DNA of 64,000 nucleotides from Candidatus Gastranaerophilales bacterium (GTDB lineage Bacteria; Cyanobacteriota; Vampirovibrionia; Gastranaerophilales; JANQFW01): NCBI GenBank assembly GCA_028277625.1, contig JANQFW010000042.1, positions 2,675 to 66,674 of the forward strand, read 5' to 3'. Shown piece by piece: positions 53,871 to 64,000 of this stretch (position 1 is its first letter; each line of letters starts with the position of its first letter). The notes under the pieces were generated by a model. It saw only the letters and a program-made list of their open reading frames with translations, ran no database searches and was not told where the DNA came from. The position numbers and the translations under genes were made by a program.

Positions 53871-56180
53871 ATGAATAAAGCTGATTATTGCTTTTGCAAT
53901 TACATTTCCCAGACAGAGACAGAAACAAGGCATGCTATAAACCGAGCTATCAAAGGTTCTATAACAATTGCATTGATTTCAATATTTTTACTATCACTGA
54001 GTGTTGCAGTAGAAATATGGCACATAGGTACAAGTTTTCCTGATGTAGGCCTGTTAAATGACTATAAGCAAGATCAAACAACGCTTATATACGATATTAA
54101 TGATAATTTACTAGCTAACATACACGGAGATGAAGACAGAATAATAGTTGAACTGAAAGACATATCGCCGCACTTGATAAGTGCGGTTATCGCTATTGAA
54201 GATATAAGATTTTATAAGCATAACGGCATTGACTTAACTGGGACAATGAGAGCTTTAGTCAATAACTTTACTGGAGAAGAAGACATACAAGGCGGTAGTT
54301 CTATAACACAGCAGCTTGTTAAAAATTCTTTTTTAACTCCAGAAAAATCTTTTAAAAGAAAATTTGTAGAAGCAATACTTGCCGCACGAGCTGAATTAAA
54401 ATACAGCAAAGATGAACTGCTAACAATGTATCTTAATAAGATATATATGGGAAGCATGAGTTATGGTGTTGAAAAAGCTTCTAAAAAATATTTTAAAAAA
54501 AGTGCAAAAGATATAAACCTAGCAGAGGCAGCATTTTTAGCAGGATTAATTAAAGCCCCCGAAGGCTATTCTCCATATAAAGACTATAAGTCAACAAAAT
54601 TTAGACAAAAACTAGTTTTGCAAAGAATGGAAGAAATGGGCTTTATTACTAAAGAAGAAAAAGCCCAAGCTGAAAGCAAGGAATTACTGCTACATCCTAA
54701 AAGCTTTAAACTGTCAAAATATCCATATTTTGTGGATTATGTTGTATTTAAACTTAGAGAACGTTATGGAGACGAAGTAGTTAAAAGAGGTGGACTAAAA
54801 GTTTTTACTACTATTGATCCAGAAGTACAGGAAATAGCAGAAAAAACAATTGAAAAAGGAGTCGGTGCGCTTCCTCGATATACAAGAGTGAAACAAGGCG
54901 CACTTGTATCAATAAATGTTGATAATGGTTATATTCAAGCAATTGTAGGCGGTGTAGACTTTGTTCAAAGTAATTATAACAGGGCGTTTCAATCAAGAAG
55001 GGCAGCAGGCTCATCTTTTAAACCTGTTGTTTACCTTACTGGTTTTAGATTAGGAGTGATCACTCCTAACTCAGTTATTTATGATAGCCCGATATCTTAT
55101 AATACAGGTTGGAATATTTGGCGACCGCATAATTGGGATGGGAAGTACTACGGAAAAATGACAGTCAGAGGCGCTCTAACACAATCTCGAAATACGCCAA
55201 CAGTTAGAGTTGCTTTAATGGTTGGATATGACGCAATAATACAAACAGCCAGAATGCTTGGGATTAAAAGTCATATAGATAAGAACTATTCAATTGCACT
55301 TGGATCGCTTGGGATATCACCATTGGACATGGCAACAGTTTATTCTACATTGGCCAGAGATGGTGTTTATATCGAACCAACTGCAATAAGAAAAATCGAA
55401 GACCACGCCGGTAATGTTATAGAAATATTTGAGCCTACACCCCATAAAGTTCTTAATTCAGGCTATGTAAAACAAGTGGTATCTATATTAGTGGATGTTG
55501 TAAACAAAGGTACCGGACGACAGGCAAGGCTACCAGGACGACAAGTTGCCGGCAAAACAGGTACTACAGACCAAATCAGAGATGTATGGTTTACTGGCTT
55601 TACACCTGATACTGTTACCACCATTTGGATGGGGAATGATGCAAACTTACCTCTTAATGGTGTTTTTAGCTTTAATTGCGCCCAGCTGTGGGGAAAATTT
55701 AGCAAAGAATACTATAAAGTTAAAGAAATAGCACCAAGAAATTTTACACCACCTAATTCATTATTTGTAGAAAAGCTTAAAAAACTTGATAAGCTTATTG
55801 CAAAAGAAGAAGACAGACTTTTTAAAGGGTTAAAAGTACAAGATGGCATAATGTACAGTGACAGGCCAAAACGAAAACCTGGTAGTGACTTTAAATACAA
55901 AAGAAGAAGATATAGAACTGCTCGAAGAATGCCGCAGCAATATAGAACTTATGTTTATAATAATCGTGTGTATTATTATAATAATCAAACAAGACAAACT
56001 TATGCGCAAAATACTTATCCAAGCACAAGGGGACATTATTCTCAATCCAGGATGCGACGAGTAGAAGCTGCACGAGCGAGAAAAAGAGCCTATAACAATA
56101 GACAAAATAATACTTATCAAAATAGAAGAACTAGAATATATAATAATGGACAAAATAACAGACATTATTACAATCGTTAA
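53871..56180 (+). CDS. Class A penicillin-binding protein (PBP1A: glycosyltransferase + transpeptidase) with R/Y/N/Q-rich tail
   Basis: ATG at 53871 follows GGTGGTGAAG. The track uses GTG at 53859. GT51 motifs: EDIRFYKHNGID and GGSSITQQL. Transpeptidase motifs: SSFKP, SRN and KTGTT. The last ~85 aa are low complexity. Confidence 0.9.
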   Translation: MNKADYCFCNYISQTETETRHAINRAIKGSITIALISIFLLSLSVAVEIWHIGTSFPDVGLLNDYKQDQTTLIYDINDNLLANIHGDEDRIIVELKDISPHLISAVIAIEDIRFYKHNGIDLTGTMRALVNNFTGEEDIQGGSSITQQLVKNSFLTPEKSFKRKFVEAILAARAELKYSKDELLTMYLNKIYMGSMSYGVEKASKKYFKKSAKDINLAEAAFLAGLIKAPEGYSPYKDYKSTKFRQKLVLQRMEEMGFITKEEKAQAESKELLLHPKSFKLSKYPYFVDYVVFKLRERYGDEVVKRGGLKVFTTIDPEVQEIAEKTIEKGVGALPRYTRVKQGALVSINVDNGYIQAIVGGVDFVQSNYNRAFQSRRAAGSSFKPVVYLTGFRLGVITPNSVIYDSPISYNTGWNIWRPHNWDGKYYGKMTVRGALTQSRNTPTVRVALMVGYDAIIQTARMLGIKSHIDKNYSIALGSLGISPLDMATVYSTLARDGVYIEPTAIRKIEDHAGNVIEIFEPTPHKVLNSGYVKQVVSILVDVVNKGTGRQARLPGRQVAGKTGTTDQIRDVWFTGFTPDTVTTIWMGNDANLPLNGVFSFNCAQLWGKFSKEYYKVKEIAPRNFTPPNSLFVEKLKKLDKLIAKEEDRLFKGLKVQDGIMYSDRPKRKPGSDFKYKRRRYRTARRMPQQYRTYVYNNRVYYYNNQTRQTYAQNTYPSTRGHYSQSRMRRVEAARARKRAYNNRQNNTYQNRRTRIYNNGQNNRHYYNR

Positions 56181-56362
56181 CACTTAAAACTCTTTATTTT
56201 AAATACTTAAGAAAAATTTCCTGCCTTTTTTGCAGTTTAATATTGATTATTCTCTATTTCAGTTATAACCTTTTCTTTATAACTATATTTTAGTTGAAAA
56301 TTATTGTAATGATTATTTATAATTTTAATTGGTTATACTAAGTTGAAAAAGATTGGAAGATT

Positions 56363-59300
56363 TTGAATAATATATTGAAAAATAAAAAAAATATAATATT
56401 TTTTGCAATTATTGTACCTTTGTTGCTGGCAGTTAACCTGTTTTATTACATTGCATTACCTAAAATAATTAAAATAAACAACTATAAAGCGCAAATAGAA
56501 GATTTGTTTTATCAAAAAACAGGCTCTATTTTAACCCTTGGAGAACTAAAGGCAAGCTTTGTTTGGAATTTAAATGCTAAAGTTGACTGTAAAAATTTTA
56601 AAATAAATCAAAATAATAAAGATATTATTGTAGGCGATAATTCTTATCTGCAGATAGCTTTAATTCCTTTGCTTTTTAAAGACGTAGAAATTACTAAAAT
56701 TAAAATAGAGAAATTAAACTTGCTGCTTACCAGAAATAAAGAAGGCAAGTTCAACCTGGAAACTCTCTTTAGCAAAAAGCAAAAAAATAAAAAGTATAAG
56801 CTTAAAGCTACTAGTTTGGATGTAATTACACATAATTATCACATAAACTTTAATGATAAATTCCTTGAAGAACCTCAAAACTTTGTTTTTGAAGGTGAAA
56901 AATTAAATCTGAACAGATTTAATTATAAAAGACATTTAAATATAGCAACAACAGGAAATGTTGAGTATAACAATCAAAAATCCGATTATGACTTCAACTT
57001 TGTCTTAAATTATCAGTTAAACCCAAAAGGATCAAAGGAAAAAGTAAAAATAAAGTATCTTACACTGATTGGTGAGACTTTAAATTTTGAGCCAGGCAAG
57101 CTTTTACCTTATATTAATATATGCTTATGCGGTTATATTAAAGACATAAAGGGCATAACTGACTTAAAATTTAATATTGACACCAAAAGACAGAAGAAAA
57201 TAAAATTATATGGTGTATTATCAAATTTAAAAGTAATTAATAAAAATGACAAAACATTGCTTAGCACAGATGACAATACGCACGTTTTTATAGATTCAAA
57301 ATATGATGATGTTAATTTATATATCAAAAAGGCGTTTGCGCAGAATGATAAAATTAATGTGCTACTCAGCGGAGATATCCACCAGTATAAAACCAAGAAA
57401 AAACAGTTAAACCTAAAGTTAAACGTAGACAATTCCAGTATTTCAAAAGTGGTTAAACTTTTCCCAAAAAATATCAAAGTGCCGCTTGATCCATTTAACA
57501 AATTAACAAAATTTAATATGAACGGCACTGTAAACACCAAAGTAAACATAAAAGGCTACTATAAAAAGCCTAAAATAGATGGATATACGTCATTTGAAAA
57601 TCTGTCACTTACTGCTGACTCTGCAAATGTAGAAAATAGCTTTGGTTATTTGATATTTAAAGACTACGATATAAACATAAACACATCTTTAATGCTTGAT
57701 TATGATTCTTATATAACTGTTAGTGGAGATATAAATCCTTCTTATCAAAAAGCTTTAAACTTAAATATTACGTCCAGCCTTTTAAATTTGACAAAAGGGC
57801 ATGACTTATATCTTGCATGCTCTGAACTTTTCAAGTTCTCTCCAAAACCTCTTGATCTTATGAATTTTTCTGGTCGCGGCAGTGTAAATGTGGAATTAAG
57901 CGGAAAATTTAAAAATATAAATATGATAGGAGACATAAAAGTACAAAATGGTCACTTAAGATATAAAGGACTAGCAGCAAAGGCTTATGTACCGAGTGCC
58001 ATAATTAAATTTAACGATTATAAAGTAATATTTGACAATTTAAAAGGCTATGTTAAAAATGTAGAAACAGTTGTAAATGGCCATATAACCCTAAAGGGCT
58101 TTTCTGATGTAACACTAGACTTTGATGAGCTTAACCTTGAGTTAGCACGTGAAGTAATATTCACTAGCCCTTTATTAATTGACGTACAAGCTGCCCTTGC
58201 AGAAATAAAAAAAACAAAAGGCAGTGCAAAAGCTACCATAAAGCTTGTTTCTGATCAAGACAACAAAGCAAAACTGAACTCAAGCGGCTCGCTTGACCTA
58301 AGAAATGCTACTGTACAAATGCAAGGCTTTTCAGTTCCATTTATAAATGGAAACGGATTGTTAAAATATGACTATAATAAAGTTTATTTAGAAGGTGTTA
58401 AAGCTAATTTTGGTAAAACAACCTGCGAGGTTAGCGGATTGATTAAAACAAACAAATTATCTAATTCGCAATATTATGATTTATTATTAAAATCTAACAA
58501 TGTAAACTTGGAAAATGTCAGAAAATTAATCAAAAACAGCAAAGTATTAGAAGAAACTGAAAAAAACATAAAAAATCTTTTATCTATCAAAGGTAAAGCC
58601 AAAGCAGAGTTAAAACTAAAAGGCGATATAAAATCTAATGACATACTAGAATACCTTGTCATGGACGTTAATAATATTGACTTCTTTTTTAAAGACATAG
58701 GCATAAACATCAACAAAGCCAGCGGAAAATTTAAGGTAACAAAAAAGAAATTTAACATTATGGAGTCTCAGGGGATTGCGCTAAACTCTAAATTTAAATT
58801 TAGCGGTACTTTAATAGAAAAAAGCAAAACCGAAGTTATCCCTGACACTCGTTTAGTAATGGAAAACTTTGATTTTTCAAAGCTACAAGACTTAAAAAAT
58901 GTTCAATTGATCTACCCAGAGGTTAAAGAATACTTATCAATGTTCAAAAACACGAGGGGTAATGTTTATGCAGATATGACTTTTAAGCCTAATAATGTTT
59001 TTTACTTTAAGTTTATACCTAAAAATGCATCGGCTATGCTTAACAACAACCTTAATTTGCCTCTACATACAAATAAAGGCAAAATTTATGTAAGCGATAA
59101 AGTTATCAAGTTTGAAAATTCCAGCTTTTTGCTTTCAAAATCTAAGATAAATGTTAACGGAACAATAAGAAACATATTAATAAAGCCTGATTTAGACTTA
59201 AAAATAAGCTCTGCGCTTCAGTCTATTGATATAGATAAATACATAAATCCTTTTTTAGTTCAGCCTATTAACAGTAAAGGGACTATCCCCTTATCAGCTG

Positions 59301-60922
59301 ATATAAAAGGCACAGTTGATAACTGGAACTTAAGCGGACAAATTATTGTAAATAAATATGATGATTTATTTTATCAAGCAAAAATAGCTTTGCCAAAAGA
59401 TAAAATCAGAGTATTAAACATTAATGCAACCGGCAACAAAGACAATATTGATATTCAAAACTTTGATATATTTGTTGCAGACGAATTTAAAAAGAATACA
59501 TCATCTAAGTACGCTAAAAGCACAGATTTTACTAATATTAATCAATATTTTATAATGAATGGAAAAGTGACAAATACACTTACATCTCCTGTGTTTAAAA
59601 ATTTCCAGATAAAAACTCCTAAAGAAATTTCTGTTAAGTTCTTGAATCATTCCAATATAGACAAACATTCACAGTTTTTTACAACCGCTAATCTTATAGC
59701 AGATGTTGTGCTGAATGGTAAATACATAGCTCCAGAAATCAGGGGTGGGCTATATCTTAAAAATGCACAATTACCGGCTTTTGACGCAATAATAAAATAT
59801 GCAAATATTGAATTTAATACAGATGAAACATTTATTACCAAAAGCGAAGTAAATATTGCCGGGTCTGATTTGCTTTTATCAGCCAAAATAAATAATGTAT
59901 ACGAATTTCCTATTTCTATAAAAGAATTAAATATTACTTCCAAAAGTATAAACTTGGATAAAATACTAGAGAATTATTCAAAGAACCCTCTTTTTTATGA
60001 AAGCAACAAAACTCCAAAATCAAAGTATAAATTACCTGCTGTTGTTATAAGCAACGGAAAAATATTTGCTAATGATCTTATTGTAAGCAATCTTATTACT
60101 TCGAACTTTACCTCATCCTTTAATTTTACACCTGATTGGCTTTTATCTTTCCCAAATGTTAATTTTAACACCGCGGGTGGAAGCGTATCAAGCAATGTAT
60201 TTTATAATATAAAAAATTCTAAGCTATTTGTTAATACAAAAGCTCAAGAGATTGAGGCAAATGCAGCTTCTACAACTTTGCTTAACCTTCCTAACGAAGT
60301 TTATGGAAAATTAAGCGGATCTGCGCAGTTTGAGACATTTGGAAACACAATGGCTGAACTGATTAAAAATTCTAATGGATTTGCAAATTTTGAAATTAGC
60401 AAAGGTCGCCTAGTTCGCCTTGGCTCACTTGAGTACTTATTAAGAGCGTTTAACCTTTTAAAAAGTGGAATTGGCGGATTGAACCTAAACAATATATTAG
60501 ATTTAATTGTTCCGCAAAAAACTGGATATTTTGAACAAATAAGTGGAAGTATACTGGTTAAAAATGGTATTATATCAGCAAATGAATTTATTACCCAAGG
60601 TGAAAACCTTAGCCTTGCAATAAGTGGAACTGTAAACATGGCAAATAGCCAATCTAATATTAAAATTGGTGGAAAAATGTCTAAAAAAATAACAGGCTTG
60701 CTAGGACCATTGGGAAGTATTTCTATTAATACTTTTACAGACTTTATACCCCAGCTGGGATTTATTCCGTCTTCTGATGATGGCTTTAGTGCAGTGTTGC
60801 CAATTCTTAAAAAAGTTCCTATACTAGGGTTAGAGGGCGGTAAGTATAGAGAATTCTATGTAATCATTGAAGGTGACTTATATGATCCTTCTTCTGTTAA
60901 GAAGTTTAAATGGGTAGACTAA
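56363..60922 (+). CDS. AsmA-family (AsmA/TamB/YhdP-like) giant envelope protein
   Basis: 1519 aa with a TTG start. Single N-terminal TM anchor IIFFAIIVPLLLAVNLFYYIAL. The long body is beta-rich and Asn/Lys-rich. The C-terminal FYVIIEGDLYDPSSVKKFKW resembles the G-x-L-x-x-P ending of AsmA-like proteins. The family call is by architecture only. Confidence 0.6.
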   Translation: MNNILKNKKNIIFFAIIVPLLLAVNLFYYIALPKIIKINNYKAQIEDLFYQKTGSILTLGELKASFVWNLNAKVDCKNFKINQNNKDIIVGDNSYLQIALIPLLFKDVEITKIKIEKLNLLLTRNKEGKFNLETLFSKKQKNKKYKLKATSLDVITHNYHINFNDKFLEEPQNFVFEGEKLNLNRFNYKRHLNIATTGNVEYNNQKSDYDFNFVLNYQLNPKGSKEKVKIKYLTLIGETLNFEPGKLLPYINICLCGYIKDIKGITDLKFNIDTKRQKKIKLYGVLSNLKVINKNDKTLLSTDDNTHVFIDSKYDDVNLYIKKAFAQNDKINVLLSGDIHQYKTKKKQLNLKLNVDNSSISKVVKLFPKNIKVPLDPFNKLTKFNMNGTVNTKVNIKGYYKKPKIDGYTSFENLSLTADSANVENSFGYLIFKDYDININTSLMLDYDSYITVSGDINPSYQKALNLNITSSLLNLTKGHDLYLACSELFKFSPKPLDLMNFSGRGSVNVELSGKFKNINMIGDIKVQNGHLRYKGLAAKAYVPSAIIKFNDYKVIFDNLKGYVKNVETVVNGHITLKGFSDVTLDFDELNLELAREVIFTSPLLIDVQAALAEIKKTKGSAKATIKLVSDQDNKAKLNSSGSLDLRNATVQMQGFSVPFINGNGLLKYDYNKVYLEGVKANFGKTTCEVSGLIKTNKLSNSQYYDLLLKSNNVNLENVRKLIKNSKVLEETEKNIKNLLSIKGKAKAELKLKGDIKSNDILEYLVMDVNNIDFFFKDIGININKASGKFKVTKKKFNIMESQGIALNSKFKFSGTLIEKSKTEVIPDTRLVMENFDFSKLQDLKNVQLIYPEVKEYLSMFKNTRGNVYADMTFKPNNVFYFKFIPKNASAMLNNNLNLPLHTNKGKIYVSDKVIKFENSSFLLSKSKINVNGTIRNILIKPDLDLKISSALQSIDIDKYINPFLVQPINSKGTIPLSADIKGTVDNWNLSGQIIVNKYDDLFYQAKIALPKDKIRVLNINATGNKDNIDIQNFDIFVADEFKKNTSSKYAKSTDFTNINQYFIMNGKVTNTLTSPVFKNFQIKTPKEISVKFLNHSNIDKHSQFFTTANLIADVVLNGKYIAPEIRGGLYLKNAQLPAFDAIIKYANIEFNTDETFITKSEVNIAGSDLLLSAKINNVYEFPISIKELNITSKSINLDKILENYSKNPLFYESNKTPKSKYKLPAVVISNGKIFANDLIVSNLITSNFTSSFNFTPDWLLSFPNVNFNTAGGSVSSNVFYNIKNSKLFVNTKAQEIEANAASTTLLNLPNEVYGKLSGSAQFETFGNTMAELIKNSNGFANFEISKGRLVRLGSLEYLLRAFNLLKSGIGGLNLNNILDLIVPQKTGYFEQISGSILVKNGIISANEFITQGENLSLAISGTVNMANSQSNIKIGGKMSKKITGLLGPLGSISINTFTDFIPQLGFIPSSDDGFSAVLPILKKVPILGLEGGKYREFYVIIEGDLYDPSSVKKFKWVD

Positions 60923-61024
60923 AGAAAATAATAAATATATAGTAAATACTTTGTATTATTGATTTATTATACTCATTTTCTTTTTATGATTTAAATCAAT
61001 GAAATTAAATATGCGCCTAAATCT

Positions 61025-61054
61025 AAGGAAAATAACAAATTTTCCTTTTTTTTT
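61025..61054 (+). terminator. Rho-independent terminator
   Basis: AAGGAAAAT (61025-61033) pairs with ATTTTCCTT (61039-61047), followed by T7. Confidence 0.7.
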
Positions 61055-61149
61055 ATTTAATTTTAAAGTGGTACAAATGAAGTATATGACTTTTGGGTCT
61101 TTATTCATTAAAATAATTATAAAGTTAAAAAGTAAACTCAAGGAGATTT

Positions 61150-62145
61150 ATGCAAAATATTTCTTCTAAAAGCGTAAATTTAACTATATTAGCTGGATTA
61201 GTCCTACTATGCAGTGGTGCTGGATATGTTGGAGAACTGCCGAAGTTGAGCAAATCATTTTTTGACAAGACACCAAGCACAAATAAACTAAGTAAGATGT
61301 CCGCATCTTCGCAAAAACTCAAAAAATTGCAAAATAATACCCCAAATAAGCCATACTCAAGCAAACCAACTAGCATAATCTTTGGAGAGTATAAAAATGT
61401 TGGCAGTTTTTTAAAGCCGCCTATAACTAACCAAGGAATATCAAAATCTAGCAAACCACTAGCTTTACCACCAGACGAGCTTCAAAAAAACAAACAGTTA
61501 GCTGACAAGCCTGATGTTACCAAAGAGCTGGTTGATAATGGAAAACCTATAAGTGTAATAATTGGTAGCATTCCAGATCTTGATAAATACTTACAATACC
61601 AAGATAAGCTGGCAACATTAGACAAGCCTCCTCAATCTACTATGCTAAATAAGCAAAACTATCACTTTGATGATGCTCCAGTTGAAAAAGAACTGCTGGA
61701 AATGGCTCCAAAGGACTTTCCTGAAGTATATTTGGGGTCAATGGTGGGATACGGAAAATATGCGCGTTACCTAGGTGATTTGCAAGGGATATCGCCATAT
61801 ATGATTAGCATAAGAACTTTAGCAGAGAGCGGACCAGACGCTGGTAATATTCAAATGTTCTCTGCCAAAGCTAACATGTACAATCTTTTTGTTGATAAAA
61901 TGCAGAGAAAATACAAAAATAAGCCAGAGAGCCAATTTGAATCATTTGAAAATATCGTAAAGTTACGCGAAGTATTAAAAGATACGCAAGAATACTGGTT
62001 CAATCATGAAAAATATAAAAAATTTTTTCACGGCAATCTTACAGATAAAGAAAGTGCAAAAATAATACTGGATGAAAAATTTGAAAAAATATTGGACCTT
62101 ATAAGCTTAACGCTAGATACCATAAGGGACAACTCTCTAAACTAA
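61150..62145 (+). CDS. Hypothetical putative lipoprotein
   Basis: 331 aa. AAGGAG upstream. Lipobox-like LVLLCSG. Pro/Lys-rich linker. No family recognised. Confidence 0.5.
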   Translation: MQNISSKSVNLTILAGLVLLCSGAGYVGELPKLSKSFFDKTPSTNKLSKMSASSQKLKKLQNNTPNKPYSSKPTSIIFGEYKNVGSFLKPPITNQGISKSSKPLALPPDELQKNKQLADKPDVTKELVDNGKPISVIIGSIPDLDKYLQYQDKLATLDKPPQSTMLNKQNYHFDDAPVEKELLEMAPKDFPEVYLGSMVGYGKYARYLGDLQGISPYMISIRTLAESGPDAGNIQMFSAKANMYNLFVDKMQRKYKNKPESQFESFENIVKLREVLKDTQEYWFNHEKYKKFFHGNLTDKESAKIILDEKFEKILDLISLTLDTIRDNSLN

Positions 62146-62508
62146 TTTTACTTGATAAAAGATTAAATAAAAATTTATTTAATAGCGCTTTGATAATAAA
62201 ATTTTCAGAGATTAGTAATGGTATTTTTTACAATTATTATTCAATAAATACAAACTGATTCTCTTTTATGTTTAGATTTTCAACGTGTTTACTTCTTATA
62301 TTCTTTTCATACTATTCTTTCTAAGAAATCAAATAGCTTAAAAAACTTTTTGCAAAAAGATTATTCAAAATATTAAGAAATGTTAAATTGTACATTGTAC
62401 ACTAGCAACTTTTAAAATTTGACAACTTAATATAGATGTAAGTAAAATAAATTAATTCAATTTTAGTAGTTAATGACAAAATAATTAAATTTCATCAGGA
62501 GATTAAAT

Positions 62509-62781
62509 ATGGCAATTGTAAATAATTGTACAAATTTAAATGACTATTTAAATAAAAAAACAAATATTTCTAAACATCAAAAGCCGTGCCCAAATAATTA
62601 CTTGAAAAATAATAAATTTTTAATTGATTTAACCAATGATATTGAGCTATATGAACGAGTAGCGCAAGACATAGAAGAATTTAACAAGCTATATGAAAAT
62701 ATGATTGAAGACACAATCAAGTACGAATTTGGCAGGGATAATAAAAAACTTGAACTATATGTAAAAAGTAGACTATTTTAA
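62509..62781 (+). CDS. Hypothetical protein
   Basis: 90 aa. AGGAG lies 7 nt upstream of the ATG. No motif recognised. Confidence 0.4.
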   Translation: MAIVNNCTNLNDYLNKKTNISKHQKPCPNNYLKNNKFLIDLTNDIELYERVAQDIEEFNKLYENMIEDTIKYEFGRDNKKLELYVKSRLF

Positions 62782-63000
62782 AATTAAAAAGACAGATACT
62801 TTAATTAGATTTGTTAACAGACAAATTTAGCAGGCTAGCACCTAAGAAGTAATGAAAAATCTTATATTCTCCATGGTTAGCCTCTATTTGTGCTGAATGC
62901 TCATTAAAAATCAAGAAAAAGATTGGTCAAAAACTTCATTTTTGAATATCCGCGATTTCATCAATATAAATTTTATAACCAAGCAAAAAGCCTAATATAG

Positions 63001-64000
63001 CTAACTATTATTTACTTGATTAACTATATTACCTTTAAAATAATTTCTAATATTATCTATAGTTATATCTAATATTTTTTGTATTGCTCCCAAGCTATCA
63101 AAAGCAACATGCGGGGTAACAATAACATTTGGCAAATCCAAAAGCTTATGATTAATCAAAGACTTTTTTAAACAGTCTTCTCTAATACAGTCAATTTTCA
63201 TCAAATAATCTTCTTCCCTGATAATCAAATCTTCGCACTCTAGCACATCAAGACCTGCACCAGCAACAATACCATCCTTTATTGCAACATAAAGATCCTC
63301 TGTATTGATAATCTCGCCCCTAGCTGTATTTATTATAATCACGCCTTTTTTCATTTTTTTAAATGAATCTTTATTAAGCATATGAACATTCTGCTTGGTA
63401 GCTGGAGCATGAAGAGATATTATGTCAGAGCGTTCATAAAGCTCATCAAGCTCAACATACTCAAAATTCCATTGTTTAGCCAGCTCTGGCTTAGGATAAA
63501 TATCATACGCAACAACATTCATACAAAATCCGTTGGCTATCCTTATAGCTTGAGTTCCTATACAGCCTGTTCCTACCACTCCAATGGTTTTACCATATAA
63601 ATCTGTGCCCATATAACCATAAATGTCTACAACCCCATGCTGCAACCCGGCATAAGCTTCGTGGACTTTTCTTGTAATATTTAATAAAAGCGCAAACGCA
63701 AATTCCGCAACCGCAGCTTCGCCATATCTTGGTACATTACAAATTTTAATATTTTTTTCTTTGCAGTATTTTATATCTATATGGTCATACCCTGTAGAGC
63801 GTGTTGTAATGACTTTTAGGTTACTAAAATTCTCTAGCGCACTTGGCTTTACAATTGACGAGGTAAACACAGACAAAATTTCCGCATCCTTAATTTGCGA
63901 AAAATCGTGTATCTCATGTAGGGCTTTGTCTATGTATACAGGCTTAAATCCGTTTAAGACTTTTTTTTCCAGATAATCTTTTTCAATGCCTTTTGTGTCT
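63001..64000 (-). CDS. D-isomer-specific 2-hydroxyacid dehydrogenase (LdhA/PGDH-like), N-terminus beyond window end
   Basis: The track ORF starts at a TTG at 63876. However, the frame stays open to base 64000 and encodes ...DTKGIEKDYLEKKVLNGFKPVYIDKALHEIHDF, the expected N-terminal lobe. NAD motif GVVGTGCIGTQAIRIA. Catalytic region NTARGEII and VIVTPHVAF. Confidence 0.85.
   Translation of the reverse strand, partial: DTKGIEKDYLEKKVLNGFKPVYIDKALHEIHDFSQIKDAEILSVFTSSIVKPSALENFSNLKVITTRSTGYDHIDIKYCKEKNIKICNVPRYGEAAVAEFAFALLLNITRKVHEAYAGLQHGVVDIYGYMGTDLYGKTIGVVGTGCIGTQAIRIANGFCMNVVAYDIYPKPELAKQWNFEYVELDELYERSDIISLHAPATKQNVHMLNKDSFKKMKKGVIIINTARGEIINTEDLYVAIKDGIVAGAGLDVLECEDLIIREEDYLMKIDCIREDCLKKSLINHKLLDLPNVIVTPHVAFDSLGAIQKILDITIDNIRNYFKGNIVNQVNNS

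Noticed and set aside
55830-56183. Cluster of overlapping ORFs on both strands (55830-56183, 55858-56064, 55891-56073)
   Set aside because: They are artefacts of the low-complexity R/Y/N-rich tail of the PBP gene.
60956-61454. Minus-strand ORFs of 61 and 109 aa
   Set aside because: One lies in a terminator/promoter spacer. The other is antisense to the SD-preceded lipoprotein-like gene at 61150-62145.

Overview
AT-rich bacterial chromosomal segment, densely coding on both strands under the standard genetic code. I support about 45 protein genes, one tRNA-Pro(GGG) and several hairpin terminators. I found no rRNA, CRISPR array, transposase or integrase.

Recognisable content, in order:
- A surface-polysaccharide locus: WbaP-like phosphoglycosyl transferase, GT4 glycosyltransferase, AlgD-like GDP-mannose 6-dehydrogenase and a heparinase II/III-like protein.
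- guaD-like deaminase, a prlF-yhaV toxin-antitoxin pair and a YkgJ Cys-cluster protein.
- A type IV pilus motor operon, pilB-pilT-pilC, preceded by an unusual membrane protein.
- Nitroreductase, gpmI, rsmG, an AGCS alanine symporter, a KamA-family radical SAM aminomutase, typA/bipA, thiG, an MscS channel, an M23 peptidase, manC, a double-length M16 peptidase, a class A PBP, a roughly 1500-aa AsmA-like protein and a D-2-hydroxyacid dehydrogenase (cut by the window edge).

PilT and TypA read as cyanobacterial-type sequences from memory. No photosynthesis genes are visible. This fits a non-photosynthetic cyanobacteria-related or similar diderm lineage, but that is inference only.

Most interesting candidates:
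1. A membrane-anchored protein with two Roadblock/LC7-like domains, translationally coupled to a PilB that carries three extra C-terminal zinc ribbons. A stand-alone T2SSE_N-like protein lies 7 kb away.
2. Two tandem giant HEAT-repeat paralogues, each with 13 units of about 40 aa. They share a basic N-terminal module and conserved SD-TTG starts. Perfect palindromes and a small ORF lie upstream.
3. A repeat-rich protein with a W-G-D-P-H motif, as in self-cleaving DUF1521/VWD-type modules.
4. An A7 slippery run joining a 90-aa ORF to a start-less 66-codon open frame.

All functional calls rest on motif and colinearity recognition by eye. No database search was run.
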